From an uncultured Bacteroidaceae bacterium (GTDB lineage Bacteria > Bacteroidota > Bacteroidia > Bacteroidales > GCA-2748055): a DNA stretch of 64,000 bases. The position numbers and the translations under genes are program-made. Shown piece by piece: positions 38,173 to 48,470 of this stretch (the first letter of the stretch is position 1; every line of letters begins with the position of its first letter). The stretch covers positions 49,858 to 113,857 of the forward strand of contig CAYZMH010000003.1 in assembly GCA_964479445.1 (NCBI GenBank), written 5' to 3'. The notes beneath the pieces are model-generated. The model saw only the letters and a list, made by a program, of their open reading frames with translations, was not told the DNA's origin and searched no databases.

Positions 38173-38643
38173 TTACATGTAATTTTTGATATCGATACCC
38201 TCGGGAAGGAACTGGGATGCGTCTCCCCTGTTGCGGATGATATCCCGGATAATCGTGGAGTTCACCGGGGTGTGTTCGGGGCTGGTAAGGAGGAAGATGG
38301 ACTCCACCTCCGGGAGCATGCGTTTATTAACCTGGGCGATAGCCCGCTCATATTCAAAGTCAGCTGCTGTTCTTATTCCCCTGACCATATAGTTGGCATT
38401 CACCTTTTTGCAGAAGTCAACCGTAAGTCCTTCGAAAGCATCTGCACTTACTTTTTCCATATCGTGGAATATATCATTGATCATGGCTACACGGGATTCC
38501 ACGCTCAGCAATGCACGTTTCCCCGTATTAATCCCTACTGCTACAATAAGTTGATCGAACAGGTGGACAGATCTTCGTACCACCGACTCATGCCCTACGG
38601 TGAATGGATCGAAGGAACCCGGGAAAACAGCGATTTTCTTCAT
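38173..38643 (-). CDS. coaD: pantetheine-phosphate adenylyltransferase
   Basis: The N-terminus is MKKIAVFPGSFDPFTVGH (nucleotidyltransferase HxGH motif). The ATG at 38643 is preferred over the TTG at 38655 used by the track. Confidence 0.88.
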   Translation of the reverse strand: MKKIAVFPGSFDPFTVGHESVVRRSVHLFDQLIVAVGINTGKRALLSVESRVAMINDIFHDMEKVSADAFEGLTVDFCKKVNANYMVRGIRTAADFEYERAIAQVNKRMLPEVESIFLLTSPEHTPVNSTIIRDIIRNRGDASQFLPEGIDIKNYM

Positions 38644-38679
38644 TTTTTTTGTCAAAAGTAATGGTTTTTCATGAAAGTA

Positions 38680-40905
38680 CTATTTGATCTCCTTTTCTTT
38701 ATTGGCACTTACAAAGAGAATATTGCCCACCTTTTCATACCCGGTAAAGACATTATACCCTTTCGACTTGATCGATTCACTCCGGAATCCGACAATGGTA
38801 AGATCTGCATCGATAGAGGTTGAAGCAATGATCTCTTTTTCGTCGGCTGGATTTTCGGTGGGGATCAGGTTTATATTATTGTAGGATATAGGCAGCCTGC
38901 CGGCTTTGATCAGGGCGTTCAGTTCTTCCCGTTTTCGCTCCAGTTCCGAGGCCTCGTGGAGGGCGAATATTTTGATGGTTCCGTTTTTCCACTCCGGATG
39001 TCCCATGATAATGTAGCCCAGAAGGATCATGAGGTTAGCATTTTCATAATCTTTGGATGTGATCCATATATGGATTTGCCGTTTATAACCAAAGCCTTTG
39101 TATGATGTACTGAGGACGCATATATCGAATCCGGTAGCAAGTAAAATATGGTGGGTATTCAGGGGTTCTTCCAGGGCTTCCGGCTCGTTTTGAGAACATT
39201 CGAAAAGGATCATGTTGTTTCCTTTACCCGAGATCCCGGATAACTGGATCACCTGTGCAATAGCAGATGTATAGGACGGACTGATGATCGTATCGAGGTA
39301 GACGCGGTTCTTGCTATCGGCTGCCAGATTGATGAGCTTTTTAAGCACTTCTTTGGATTCCAGGTTGGTTTTGTTGGACAGGAACCCCTTAATATAGTGA
39401 ATGTATGTTCCGAATCCATATTTAAATGAGATCCAGCGAAGCATATCAAACGCACTCCTGCGCATAAAGGTATCCTGGGAGATGCAGATGGTAAAGGGTC
39501 GCCAATGCGTGTCGAGGTCCTCCTTATCGGCCCGCTGGGCCAGTACCTGCAATTGTCTGCTCAGCTGAAAGATGACGCCGCGGAAGAGGTTTTCAAGACC
39601 CTTCCCTTTGGCATTGAATGAGTTCACCATGAAATAGATCATTCCCATAATCACCAGGGACAGGATGGCATACGGAGCATTCATCTTGAACATAAGCCAG
39701 AACGATGTGACAGCTCCAACCAGGCTAATATACCACCGGGAGCGGAAGGTTGGCCGGTAGGAAGGATCGGCCGCAAAATGCTCCAGCAGGGAGATCAGGC
39801 ATATGGCACCGTATGTCAGCATAAAAAACATGGAGATAATCTGTGCGACAAAATCAATATCCCCAATGGCGACAAAGAAATAGGCCACAACAATGGTAAT
39901 CATTCCGGCATTGATGGGCTCGTTGGTTTCGGTTTTCCCGTGCGCCAGCCACAGGTTGAGAGGCCGTGATGGAAAAACCTTATCCAGTCCGATTGCCTGC
40001 AAGGTCCTGGGGGCTACCATGATAGATCCCAGTGCGGATGACATGGAAGCTGCAGCAAGACCGATAGGAATAATCGGTCCCCAGAGGGCAATACGTTCCA
40101 TGATCAGCTGATCGGCAGCGAGGTCTTGCAGGGAGGCGCTGGTAACCAGTTTATAGCCTACCAGTATATAAACTATGAATCCGGCCAGGGTGGCCCACAT
40201 GGTACCCCGGGGGATGGATTTACTGGGATTTCTCAAATCTCCCGACAGACCCAGTCCGGCTATCAGCCCCGTGAAAGCCGGAAAAACGATAGTAAAAACA
40301 TAGAAAAATCCGTCACCATTGGGAATTTTGGAATAGAAATTCACTTCTTCGGGTTGGTAATCGGATCGACCCAGGAAAAACATCAGCAGGGAGGTAAACA
40401 AGATTGCTACCACAAAGTAGAGGGCTTTCATTCCCATATTGGCTCCTTTCGCCATCATGATCACCGCGAGGATTGTCATGCTGATCAATCCGATCCACCG
40501 CTTATCGATAAGGGGCAAGCCGTAATCATAGTGAATCCAGCGAAGAAGCGGATCAAATGCTTCAGAGAAGGCGATGACATAAAAGGCTACACTGATGGCC
40601 TGGGAGAGATAGAGGGCAATTCCGATAGCAGCACCTATATTGAGTCCGAAGGATCTGCTTATGATGAAGTAGGCACCACCCCCCTGGACTTTCTGATTGG
40701 TTGCTATCTCAGCCACGGCCATGGCTGTGGGAATGGTGACCAGGTGGCCGAGAAATATTATTCCCAGAACCCCGATGAAACCCTGGTGCCCGACAGCATA
40801 TCCAAACCTGAGAAAGAGTATAGCTCCCAGGATGGTAGAGATCGTTGTGAAAAATACAGGCATGGTTCCGAATCCCTGCTTTCCAGCTGTAAATTTCTTT
40901 GCCAT
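38680..40905 (-). CDS. APC-superfamily permease with a large cytoplasmic C-terminal domain (SLC12 cation-chloride cotransporter-like)
   Basis: 741 aa. About 12 TM helices occupy the first ~460 aa, followed by a ~270 aa soluble C-domain. The substrate cannot be read from the sequence. Confidence 0.65.
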   Translation of the reverse strand: MAKKFTAGKQGFGTMPVFFTTISTILGAILFLRFGYAVGHQGFIGVLGIIFLGHLVTIPTAMAVAEIATNQKVQGGGAYFIISRSFGLNIGAAIGIALYLSQAISVAFYVIAFSEAFDPLLRWIHYDYGLPLIDKRWIGLISMTILAVIMMAKGANMGMKALYFVVAILFTSLLMFFLGRSDYQPEEVNFYSKIPNGDGFFYVFTIVFPAFTGLIAGLGLSGDLRNPSKSIPRGTMWATLAGFIVYILVGYKLVTSASLQDLAADQLIMERIALWGPIIPIGLAAASMSSALGSIMVAPRTLQAIGLDKVFPSRPLNLWLAHGKTETNEPINAGMITIVVAYFFVAIGDIDFVAQIISMFFMLTYGAICLISLLEHFAADPSYRPTFRSRWYISLVGAVTSFWLMFKMNAPYAILSLVIMGMIYFMVNSFNAKGKGLENLFRGVIFQLSRQLQVLAQRADKEDLDTHWRPFTICISQDTFMRRSAFDMLRWISFKYGFGTYIHYIKGFLSNKTNLESKEVLKKLINLAADSKNRVYLDTIISPSYTSAIAQVIQLSGISGKGNNMILFECSQNEPEALEEPLNTHHILLATGFDICVLSTSYKGFGYKRQIHIWITSKDYENANLMILLGYIIMGHPEWKNGTIKIFALHEASELERKREELNALIKAGRLPISYNNINLIPTENPADEKEIIASTSIDADLTIVGFRSESIKSKGYNVFTGYEKVGNILFVSANKEKEIK

Positions 40906-41079
40906 GGCATCAATATTGGTTACCTGCTAACAATTCCCCGGGGGCATTGTATTCTCTTTGCAGGGGGCATTATACAAAAAAAAGAAGAATCTTGCAGCAC
41001 ACTGCTGGTTTTTTTTAATTCCGGGGGGTTGACTCTGAAGGTTTTTTTTAACAGGAATGCGGAACTTTCAAAAAACCTC

Positions 41080-41087
41080 TACCTTTG
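41080..41087 (+). promoter_or_regulatory. -7 promoter box TACCTTTG upstream of the LytTR regulator gene
   Basis: Perfect TAnnTTTG match ~100 nt upstream of the ATG at 41188. Confidence 0.3.
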
Positions 41088-41187
41088 CAATGAATGAACA
41101 ACTATACTCCGCAAGAGTTCTATAGGGTAGGTATAAGCTTACCGGGACACAGGCAGGTTAAATGATTGTTCACGAAAACCATTGACC

Positions 41188-41943
41188 ATGGAAGAAGCCC
41201 TTACATTGTTGCTTGTTGATGATGAGGAGGAGGTCAGAGATTTATTAACCATTCTTCTCCAGTCCTATAAAGGGTGTGATATTAAGATTATCGGTGAAGC
41301 AACCAGTGTTGAAGACGCATTGAGAGTGGTAAAAGACCGGGTTCCCGATCTTATTTTGCTTGATATCCAGATGCCCGGAAAGGACGGTTTCCAGTTAATC
41401 GATGCACTTCGTGATATGCGCTTGTACCCGGGTATCATTTTCGTAACGGCTTTCGAAAATTATGCCATCCGGGCTATCCGGAATTCGGCCTTTGATTACC
41501 TTTTAAAACCGGTCAATAAATCTGAATTATATGATGCCATTGATCGTTTCCGTGAAATGAAAAACCGGGGACAGGATCAGCGCCTGAACGAACTTGTTGA
41601 ATTGCTTCACAAGTCAAAACCGGGCAGGATCAGATTAAACACACGTACCGGATACTTCTTTATCAACCCGGAAGATATTATATTTTGTGAAGCAGATGGT
41701 AATTACAGTCATCTGACTCTGCAGAACGGTAAGAAAGAGATCAGTACCCTGAACCTGGGAAATATCGAAAAACAGTTGGACGGGGGTGATTTTTTGCGAA
41801 TCAGCCGCACCTACATTATTAACATGAATTACCTGACCAGAGTTGACAGGCGTTCAAACACCTGTGAGTTGGAACACAACGGGAAAGCTCACTATATCAA
41901 AATTCCTCCGCAGAAGATCAGACTATTAGAAGAGTTTTTTTAG
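41188..41943 (+). CDS. LytR/AlgR-family response regulator (REC plus LytTR DNA-binding domain); orphan
   Basis: The REC domain has LLVDDEEE and LILLDIQMPGKDG. The LytTR C-terminus has FLRISRTYIINMNYL. No kinase gene is adjacent. The ATG at 41188 is preferred over the TTG at 41182. Confidence 0.85.
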   Translation: MEEALTLLLVDDEEEVRDLLTILLQSYKGCDIKIIGEATSVEDALRVVKDRVPDLILLDIQMPGKDGFQLIDALRDMRLYPGIIFVTAFENYAIRAIRNSAFDYLLKPVNKSELYDAIDRFREMKNRGQDQRLNELVELLHKSKPGRIRLNTRTGYFFINPEDIIFCEADGNYSHLTLQNGKKEISTLNLGNIEKQLDGGDFLRISRTYIINMNYLTRVDRRSNTCELEHNGKAHYIKIPPQKIRLLEEFF

Positions 41944-42145
41944 TTAAAAAACAGTAATACAGGCACATACACTAAAAACTCCGGTTTTCTTATCAGTCAG
42001 ATTGTTCATACGTCAAACCAAGGGTTTCATCCACCCAAATAACTACTTTACACAATAACTATCTAAATGTTTTTCTTATGTAGAGAGAGCCATTAATTTT
42101 AGCATCATTAACCTGAAAAGAGTCCTAACCTAAACCAACACCCTT

Positions 42146-42316
42146 ATGATCGAAGTGTACAATCTCGATGGTATGCCGGTATATAAATACCGGTCTGAGA
42201 GCAGTCAATCCTTTGAAGTAAAAGATCTTGAGTCAAAAGGTCTTCCGTGCGGGGTTTATTTTGTAAAAATTAAGACTTCCAGGGGGATTGAAACCGCCAA
42301 GTTACTTATTTGCTAA
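42146..42316 (+). pseudogene. orphan T9SS C-terminal sorting-domain fragment (56 codons)
   Basis: It is below the ORF-track size cutoff. The translation MIEVYNLDGMPVYKYRSESSQSFEVKDLESKGLPCGVYFVKIKTSRGIETAKLLIC is the distal half of a type-A Por secretion tail. An in-frame stop lies 15 nt upstream of the ATG, so no passenger domain is attached. Confidence 0.55.
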
Positions 42317-42341
42317 CCCTGTAAAATCAAACCAAGTGAAA

Positions 42342-42369
42342 AGAGGGTGTTGATGCACCCTCTTTTTTA
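42342..42369. terminator. bidirectional rho-independent terminator between the CTD fragment (+) and lon (-)
   Basis: AGAGGGTG-ttgatg-CACCCTCT is a perfect 8 bp stem. It is followed by T6 on the plus strand and preceded by A-rich sequence, which gives a U-tract on the minus-strand transcript. Confidence 0.7.
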
Positions 42370-44814
42370 TTCAATGGGGAGGGGATTTTGCACTTTTTGC
42401 CCGGTTACGGCATATTGGATCACTTCTGTGATATTATCGACGTATATAAAGTTTAATCCTTTCCTGTATATCTCCTGGATTTCATTGACATCCTTTTCAT
42501 TTTCTTCAGAGAGCAGGATGGTGCTTATACCCGCTCGTTTAGCAGCCAGGATCTTCTCTTTTATTCCCCCGACGGGTAATACTTTGCCCCTGAGAGTGAT
42601 CTCCCCGGTCATGGCAACATTTTTACGCACTCTCTTCTGGGTGAAGGCAGAAGCAATGGAAGTGATCATGGTTACTCCTGCTGACGGACCATCTTTGGGA
42701 ATTGCCCCTTCCGGTACGTGGATATGAACATTCCATTTTCCGAATACGGAGGGTTCGAGATCAAATTCACGGGCATGGGATTTGAGGAATTCCAGGGCAA
42801 TAACAGCCGATTCCTTCATCACATCGCCCAGGTTACCGGTCAGGGTAAGTTTTCCTTCCCCTTTACTCAGGGAGGTCTCCACGAAAAGAATCTCTCCCCC
42901 TGTTGCGGTCCAGGCAAGCCCGGTTACAACACCGGCAAATTCATTCCCCAGGTATTTATCTTTCAGGTATTTAGGCGGACCCAGTATTTCCTGGATACGA
43001 TTCAGGGTAAGTCTTTTTTCAACCTTTTCGTCCAATGCCAGTTGTTTGGCAACCACGCGCAGGATTTTTGCGATTTGTTTATCCAGTTGCCTCACACCTG
43101 ATTCCCGGGTGTAGTTTTCCACGATGGTTTCGAGTGATTTTTTTGGAAATGTGATCATTCCCTTCTCAATACCGTGGTTTTGCAATTGTTTCGGAATGAG
43201 ATGCCGTTTTGCAATTTCTATCTTCTCTTCCACGATATATCCTGACACATGGATTATTTCCATCCGGTCGAGCAGGGCAGGATGGATGCCGGCTGTGGTA
43301 TTGGCGGTAGCAATGAACAGTACACGCGACAGATCGTATTCCAGTTCGAGGAAATTATCGTGGAACGCGGTGTTTTGTTCCGGGTCCAGCACCTCAAGCA
43401 AGGCAGAAGCCGGATCGCCGTGGACATCCCGGCCCACTTTGTCGATCTCGTCCAGTACGTAGACGGGGTTACCGGATTTGGCTTTTTTCAGGTTCTGGAT
43501 AATCCTGCCTGGCATGGCTCCGATATAGGTCTTTCTGTGTCCGCGGATCTCCGCTTCATCATGGAGTCCGCCCAATGACATTCTGACGTACTTACGTCCC
43601 AGGGCTTCGCCGATTGATTTACCAAGGGAAGTTTTACCGACTCCCGGCGGTCCCACCAGGCAAAGGATCGGAGATTTCATATCTCCTTTGAGCTTCAGCA
43701 CGGCAAGGTGTTCGAGAATACGCTCCTTGACCTTGTCCAGTCCAAAATGGTCTTTGTCGAGGATCCGGCCGGCGCGTTTTAAGTTGAAATTATCTTTTGT
43801 ATACTCATTCCAGGGCAGTTCAAGCATGGTTTGGATATAATTGACCTGGACCGAATACTCTCCTGTAGCCGGATTCAGCCGCTGCAATTTATCCAGTTCT
43901 TTATTAAAGGTATCAGCCACCTCTTTAGACCATTTTTTCTTTTTGCCCCGTGCCCTGTATTCTTTTACTTCCTGGTCCTGGGGGTTCCCGCCCAATTCAT
44001 CCTGGATGGTTTTCATTTGCTGGTGCAACAGATACTCCCGTTGCTGCTGGTCGAGGTCGTTTTTCACCTTGGACTGGATATCGCTTTTCAGCTCCAGCAT
44101 CTGTACCTCTTTAGAAAGCTGATCAAGCAGAACCATTCCGCGCTGCGGGATGCTGTCCATCTCTAACAGATTCTGTTTTTCCTGGAGTTTTAATTCACTG
44201 TTGGAGGCCAGGAAATTTATCAGGAAGGAGGGACTTTCGATATTTTTAACCGCGAAAGAGGCTTCAGAAGGAATATTGGAAGAGAGCTTGATAATCTTTA
44301 TTGCCAGATCTTTCAGTGCGGCAGCCACCGCCCTGGCATCTTTTTCCGGTTCGTCTTTGGACTCTTCAAGGGGACTGATTCGTCCTACATGATACGGTTT
44401 ATCTGTCAGAATGTCGTCAAGGTGAAACCGTCTGCGTCCCTGTATGATCACGGAGGTGGAACCATCCGGCATTTCCAGGATCTTCAGGATCTGGGCTACG
44501 GTGCCCACTTTATAGAGGTCTTCTATATGAGGATCCTCCGTAGATGCATCGATCTGAGATACAGCACCCAGTATTTTGTTTTTCTTGTATACATCCTGTA
44601 CCAGTTTCAGGGACTTTTCTCTTCCCACTGTAATAGGAATCACCACACCAGGGAAGAGGACGGTATTACGGAGGGGCAGGACCGGCAGCACATCCGGTAT
44701 GTTCATATTGCTCAGGTCTTCTTCCTCCTCCTCCGACATAAGAGGTATATATTCAGCCTCGTCATCCATTGGGAGTAAAAGATCCTCTAACTTCTTCTCA
44801 AAATCGCTATTCAT
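42367..44814 (-). CDS. lon: ATP-dependent Lon protease
   Basis: 815 aa. It has an N-terminal LON domain, Walker [14 protein letters not shown], and the protease Ser site [11 protein letters not shown]. Confidence 0.93.
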   Translation of the reverse strand: MNSDFEKKLEDLLLPMDDEAEYIPLMSEEEEEDLSNMNIPDVLPVLPLRNTVLFPGVVIPITVGREKSLKLVQDVYKKNKILGAVSQIDASTEDPHIEDLYKVGTVAQILKILEMPDGSTSVIIQGRRRFHLDDILTDKPYHVGRISPLEESKDEPEKDARAVAAALKDLAIKIIKLSSNIPSEASFAVKNIESPSFLINFLASNSELKLQEKQNLLEMDSIPQRGMVLLDQLSKEVQMLELKSDIQSKVKNDLDQQQREYLLHQQMKTIQDELGGNPQDQEVKEYRARGKKKKWSKEVADTFNKELDKLQRLNPATGEYSVQVNYIQTMLELPWNEYTKDNFNLKRAGRILDKDHFGLDKVKERILEHLAVLKLKGDMKSPILCLVGPPGVGKTSLGKSIGEALGRKYVRMSLGGLHDEAEIRGHRKTYIGAMPGRIIQNLKKAKSGNPVYVLDEIDKVGRDVHGDPASALLEVLDPEQNTAFHDNFLELEYDLSRVLFIATANTTAGIHPALLDRMEIIHVSGYIVEEKIEIAKRHLIPKQLQNHGIEKGMITFPKKSLETIVENYTRESGVRQLDKQIAKILRVVAKQLALDEKVEKRLTLNRIQEILGPPKYLKDKYLGNEFAGVVTGLAWTATGGEILFVETSLSKGEGKLTLTGNLGDVMKESAVIALEFLKSHAREFDLEPSVFGKWNVHIHVPEGAIPKDGPSAGVTMITSIASAFTQKRVRKNVAMTGEITLRGKVLPVGGIKEKILAAKRAGISTILLSEENEKDVNEIQEIYRKGLNFIYVDNITEVIQYAVTGQKVQNPLPIE

Positions 44815-44928
44815 ACATCATCTCCTTTCGCTGCAGACAATTTGGCAGTCTGCTCATATTACTTAGGTAGTCTTGTGGATTTGTCAATAAGTGTGCCAAA
44901 AGTTAATACGAATGAACTGAAATTTTGT

Positions 44929-46113
44929 TTATATGTAGCGAATCGATATCTCTTTTAGAAATTTCTCTTCCAACAGGCGGGCCATTCTCTTTACAACGGT
45001 CCGTCGTATTTCCAGTTCAACGGGAAGATTGGGGTCCTGGTGGGCTACATTAATACGTGTCCCTATTATAAACTCAATCTCATCGCTCTCTTTCATGAGT
45101 TTAACAATCCTGTCTGCAGGACCGTTACTCAGCGATGTGGCAGGACTGAATTCTTTCAGCAGGCGGGTTACTTTAGTAATGGTCAGGATTCCTTCGGTTA
45201 CAAGGTCAATTCCTTCCATAAATGACATGGGTGGCAGTTCCGGGTCTTCAAATTCCAGGCTATCCTCTATGGAGAGGTCCAGTTCCCTTGCCACAATATC
45301 AGCAGTTGTAGCCCCGCATACGATCTTTTTACCGGGAAACTCCCTGACGGCCCTGGCAAATTTCTCATCATTTTTCTTTTCATAGGGTGGTCCGGTTACC
45401 AACAAGAGCTTCCTGGGTTCGCGCAAATAGATACTGGCACAACTTGTATCATCTTTTGACTGGTAGGAGTCATTCCTGTAGGCTACATTTACCAGCTTGG
45501 CAGCCAGTTTAGAGGCAGAGATATCCTGGTTATTTTTCAGGTACCGTGCACAGTAATCCAACAGGTTATCCCTGCCCCAGCCAAGGGGGTATTTTTCGCT
45601 TCCAAGGCCCGACTGTGTAATACCATCGGAGCAGAAAAGGATGCGGTCTTCTTTCCGGGCTTTAAACTGACATGTTCGGATCTCCTTTCCCGCATTTCGT
45701 TCACTTTTAAGGATAATGCACTGCCATCCGGGTAAAAATGGCTGGTTATTTCTGAGAATTATGGTCTGCGGGTTGTCGTACTCCAGGATGGTGGTGGTTC
45801 CATCTGCTTCAATTTCCACGATAGTAAAGGTGGCATAGTTCATATGTCGCTCACTGCAGACTGGCAGGGTGTTCATAATTATTTCAGCGATCGTTTCGGG
45901 ATTTTTATGTTCGATCGTGAAATTCAATGCCATGGTTGAGGTAAGGGTAGCCAGGACGTTTGCTTTCACTCCATGGCCCATACCATCAGAGAGTACAGCA
46001 ATGGTACGGTTCTCTTCCCTGATCTTGCGACTAAGGAATACATCACCGCAAATTCTCTCATTCCCGTAGTTTCGTTGTTCGCTGGCAACTTCTATGTAGA
46101 AGGGTATATCCAT
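44929..46113 (-). CDS. PP2C/SpoIIE-family serine phosphatase with an extra C-terminal domain (hfsC-like, hydrogenase-sensor-linked)
   Basis: 394 aa. The motif is CGDVF...AVLSDGMGHGVKA. It starts 8 nt after the upstream PAS/H-domain gene. Confidence 0.8.
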   Translation of the reverse strand: MDIPFYIEVASEQRNYGNERICGDVFLSRKIREENRTIAVLSDGMGHGVKANVLATLTSTMALNFTIEHKNPETIAEIIMNTLPVCSERHMNYATFTIVEIEADGTTTILEYDNPQTIILRNNQPFLPGWQCIILKSERNAGKEIRTCQFKARKEDRILFCSDGITQSGLGSEKYPLGWGRDNLLDYCARYLKNNQDISASKLAAKLVNVAYRNDSYQSKDDTSCASIYLREPRKLLLVTGPPYEKKNDEKFARAVREFPGKKIVCGATTADIVARELDLSIEDSLEFEDPELPPMSFMEGIDLVTEGILTITKVTRLLKEFSPATSLSNGPADRIVKLMKESDEIEFIIGTRINVAHQDPNLPVELEIRRTVVKRMARLLEEKFLKEISIRYI

Positions 46114-46121
46114 CGATCCTG

Positions 46122-47972
46122 CTATTTCCCTTTTCGTGTCTGGTAGGATTCAATAATGGAGTTCAGCATTCGTTCGGTTTCTGCAGCTCCTTCGCCCAGG
46201 ATAAACCCTATTTGCTGGACCAAATTAAGATTCTTATCCACCACTTCGCCCAATCGCTTCACGATCTCTTCCTTCTGCACTTCAGGGTCAGAAAGGTCCC
46301 GGATAATCGCTCCGACTATCTTGTTCTTGCGAATTACAAATACCGAGACACTGAGAAGGCGCTCGGCATAGTTGATGTCACGGTTCGTGATGTTTTCATT
46401 ATTGGCAAGCACATAGGTAAAGAGGTTGTAGAAATTGTAGGGTAGCAGGGTTTTCATATCTGCACCCTTAAGTCCGGGCACCACCTCATTTATTTCTTTG
46501 GCATCGGTTCCCAGCAGGTCAATGAAGGTTTGGTTTGCCTGAATGATCTTGAGCTTTTCATCCAGGATCACCAGTCCGGAAGGCAACTTCTGCAGCATGG
46601 CTCTCATAATTTCCGAGGCTTCACTGGCACTCTCCTTCTCTTTCTTCGCTTTCTTTTCCGATTCCTTCAGGGCAGCCTGTGCCTGTGCCAGCTTCTCATT
46701 GGTGATTTTCATGGACTTTATGTGATCCATGCGATTGCGTGTGGCATAGGTGTTGCACATTTCGGGGATTGCGAGTCCCTGGGCAATGGCTATGGCAAAA
46801 TCCTTGCACGAGCTATAGCCACAGGCTCCGCATCCTTTATCATTACTTCCTGATTGGTCGAGCTCATCGAGAATGGTATCCACTTTCTTTTCTGAGGGGA
46901 TCTCAAGTCGCTGGTTATCATTCATGAACGTTCTTTCCAGGGAAAGGTCGGAGAGCTCTTCCAGGCTTTTCACCCACTGTTTGATGTTCAGGCTTTTTGT
47001 GCGCTTTGATACATATTTGATGAGCTGGCTTCTTCGCAGGTATTTTTTACCGCCCGGAGAAGTTCCGCGACCCATGATAAACTCCTTGAAGAACAGATTG
47101 AAATGGGATTTAATCCGGGTAATATTCTCTTCGAATTCATCGATTGCCCGGAGTATTTGTTCACCCTCTGAGGTTACAACCCTGGAGCTCATAATTTTCT
47201 CGTCCAGATCAGCAGCTTCCATGATTCCGCTGGAGAGGGGAAATAATGATCCTTTGTAACCCATCGGGTCATCAAAATCGCTGTATTCAAGTTTTTTCTC
47301 ATCCAGTTTTTTCTCATCAAAAAGATCTCTTAACTCCCTGAAGGTGATAACTTCATCAATTATCTTTTCCCCCGGCAGTCTCCGGATCTCCTCTTTTGAG
47401 GAAATGAGGGGACTTATATAAACCAGCTGGGTGTTTTCCCCGTGAAGAGCACGAACAATTTTCCCGGTGGTCAGTCCCGGAGCAAGAACCGGAGCAAGGT
47501 TCGGGATCAATTCAGGTTTGTACTTTTCGATATACATTACAGTGACCGGACAGTTGGAAAAGAGGTAATACTTACCGCGGGCAGATTGAACCAATTCCTT
47601 GTATTTTCTGGCTACCAGGTCAGCTCCGAAAGAGACCTCCTGGACAATATGAAATCCCAGTTCGCGTACCATGCTGACAAATTTCCGGTAATCGGTAATA
47701 TCCGGAAATTCCCCGGCTATGGAAGGATCCACGAGGGCGGCTACCCTGTTACTTTCCTTAAGGATCGTTTTTACCCTCTCTTTGGAGTCGCGCATTTCAA
47801 TGGCATCCGGACTACAGGCTGCAAGGCAGTTTCCACATCCTATGCACCGGCCCGGAAGTATTTCCGGTTTGGCATACTCAGAACGAACCCGGATGGCTTT
47901 TACCGGACATGCCCTCACACAGGCATAACATACTATGCATTTATCATCGTTTATTTTCAGCAATGGTTCCAT
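46122..47972 (-). CDS. [FeFe]-hydrogenase-like sensory protein: 2x[4Fe-4S] ferredoxin domain, degenerate H-domain, 4-Cys Fe-S domain, PAS domain
   Basis: 616 aa. It has CIVCYACVRACP and CIGCGNCLAACSP clusters. The H-domain fold is present (SFGADLVARKY...FSNCP...) but most H-cluster cysteines are lost. The CGACGYSSCKDFAIAIAQGLAIPEMC Fe-S domain and a C-terminal PAS domain follow. Confidence 0.8.
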   Translation of the reverse strand: MEPLLKINDDKCIVCYACVRACPVKAIRVRSEYAKPEILPGRCIGCGNCLAACSPDAIEMRDSKERVKTILKESNRVAALVDPSIAGEFPDITDYRKFVSMVRELGFHIVQEVSFGADLVARKYKELVQSARGKYYLFSNCPVTVMYIEKYKPELIPNLAPVLAPGLTTGKIVRALHGENTQLVYISPLISSKEEIRRLPGEKIIDEVITFRELRDLFDEKKLDEKKLEYSDFDDPMGYKGSLFPLSSGIMEAADLDEKIMSSRVVTSEGEQILRAIDEFEENITRIKSHFNLFFKEFIMGRGTSPGGKKYLRRSQLIKYVSKRTKSLNIKQWVKSLEELSDLSLERTFMNDNQRLEIPSEKKVDTILDELDQSGSNDKGCGACGYSSCKDFAIAIAQGLAIPEMCNTYATRNRMDHIKSMKITNEKLAQAQAALKESEKKAKKEKESASEASEIMRAMLQKLPSGLVILDEKLKIIQANQTFIDLLGTDAKEINEVVPGLKGADMKTLLPYNFYNLFTYVLANNENITNRDINYAERLLSVSVFVIRKNKIVGAIIRDLSDPEVQKEEIVKRLGEVVDKNLNLVQQIGFILGEGAAETERMLNSIIESYQTRKGK

Positions 47973-47984
47973 GGGTCACACAGC

Positions 47985-48230
47985 TTAGGCAAAGGTTTTT
48001 TCCAGGATATCAATAATATTTTGCGGGGTGACCTTCTCATGGATCTCTCCATTGATCTTCACAACGGGGCCCTTGCTGCAATCGCTGAAACAGTGATTGC
48101 CCTTCAGTACAATGTCCTGCTCCCGATCATGTTCCCTGAGATAGTTCTGAATGACCGGAAGTGTCTTCCGGTTGCCGCGGCTGAAGCAGGAACTTCCCAT
48201 GCATATCTCGATAACGATACGGTCTTTCAT
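47985..48230 (-). CDS. thioredoxin-like [2Fe-2S] ferredoxin (hfsA-like)
   Basis: The start was moved to MKDRIVIEICMGSSCFSRGN at 48230. Four Cys are present (CMGSSC...CFSDC). It lies 12 nt upstream of the PAS/H-domain gene. Confidence 0.75.
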   Translation of the reverse strand: MKDRIVIEICMGSSCFSRGNRKTLPVIQNYLREHDREQDIVLKGNHCFSDCSKGPVVKINGEIHEKVTPQNIIDILEKTFA

Positions 48231-48254
48231 CACAGATATGTTGAAATAACAAAG

Positions 48255-48262
48255 CAAAGTTA
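48255..48262 (-). promoter_or_regulatory. -7 promoter box TAACTTTG for the [2Fe-2S]/PAS-H-domain/PP2C operon
   Basis: The reverse complement of caaagtta is a perfect TAnnTTTG match, 25 nt upstream of the ATG at 48230. Confidence 0.4.
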
Positions 48263-48274
48263 ATAAATTCACAA
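48257..48274 (-). promoter_or_regulatory. candidate Rex operator (TTGTGAATTTATTAACTT on the minus strand)
   Basis: The left half TTGTGAA is a perfect match to the Rex consensus TTGTGAA-N4-TTCACAA. The right half matches 4/7. It overlaps the -7 box. Confidence 0.3.
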
Positions 48275-48418
48275 TAGAGGTCTCTTATCCTGATAAAACC
48301 GTTCCCGGCAGTAATTTAAATTGGGTAAAAATTACCCGCTCTGTCATTTTAAATCCCCGATTTGCAGGCATATACATAAAAGGAATATGAAAACCCGGGA
48401 TGTTGTTCGACACTTTAT

Positions 48419-48436
48419 TTGTTATTGTAATAACAT
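48419..48436 (+). promoter_or_regulatory. candidate Rex operator upstream of hydC (TTGTTATTGTAATAACAT)
   Basis: The inverted repeat TGTTAT-TGTA-ATAACA resembles the Rex box TTGT[TG]AA-N4-TT[AC]ACAA. It sits at the -33 region of the predicted hydCBA promoter, and a rex gene is in the same island. Confidence 0.4.
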
Positions 48437-48462
48437 TGTTTTTCAAATAACAGTCCTTTCTA

Positions 48463-48470
48463 TATATTTG
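48463..48470 (+). promoter_or_regulatory. -7 promoter box TATATTTG for hydCBA
   Basis: Perfect TAnnTTTG match 20 nt upstream of the ATG at 48491. Confidence 0.45.

Noticed and set aside
40126-41097. 323 aa plus-strand ORF
   Set aside because: It is antisense to the N-terminal transmembrane half of the APC-family permease. It has a Gly/His/Asp-rich shadow composition and no start context.
44815-44928. Hairpin GCAGAC-aatttggca-GTCTGC between the PP2C gene and lon, considered as a terminator
   Set aside because: On the transcribed (minus) strand it is not followed by a U-tract. It may be a 5'-UTR structure of lon, but the evidence is too weak to annotate.
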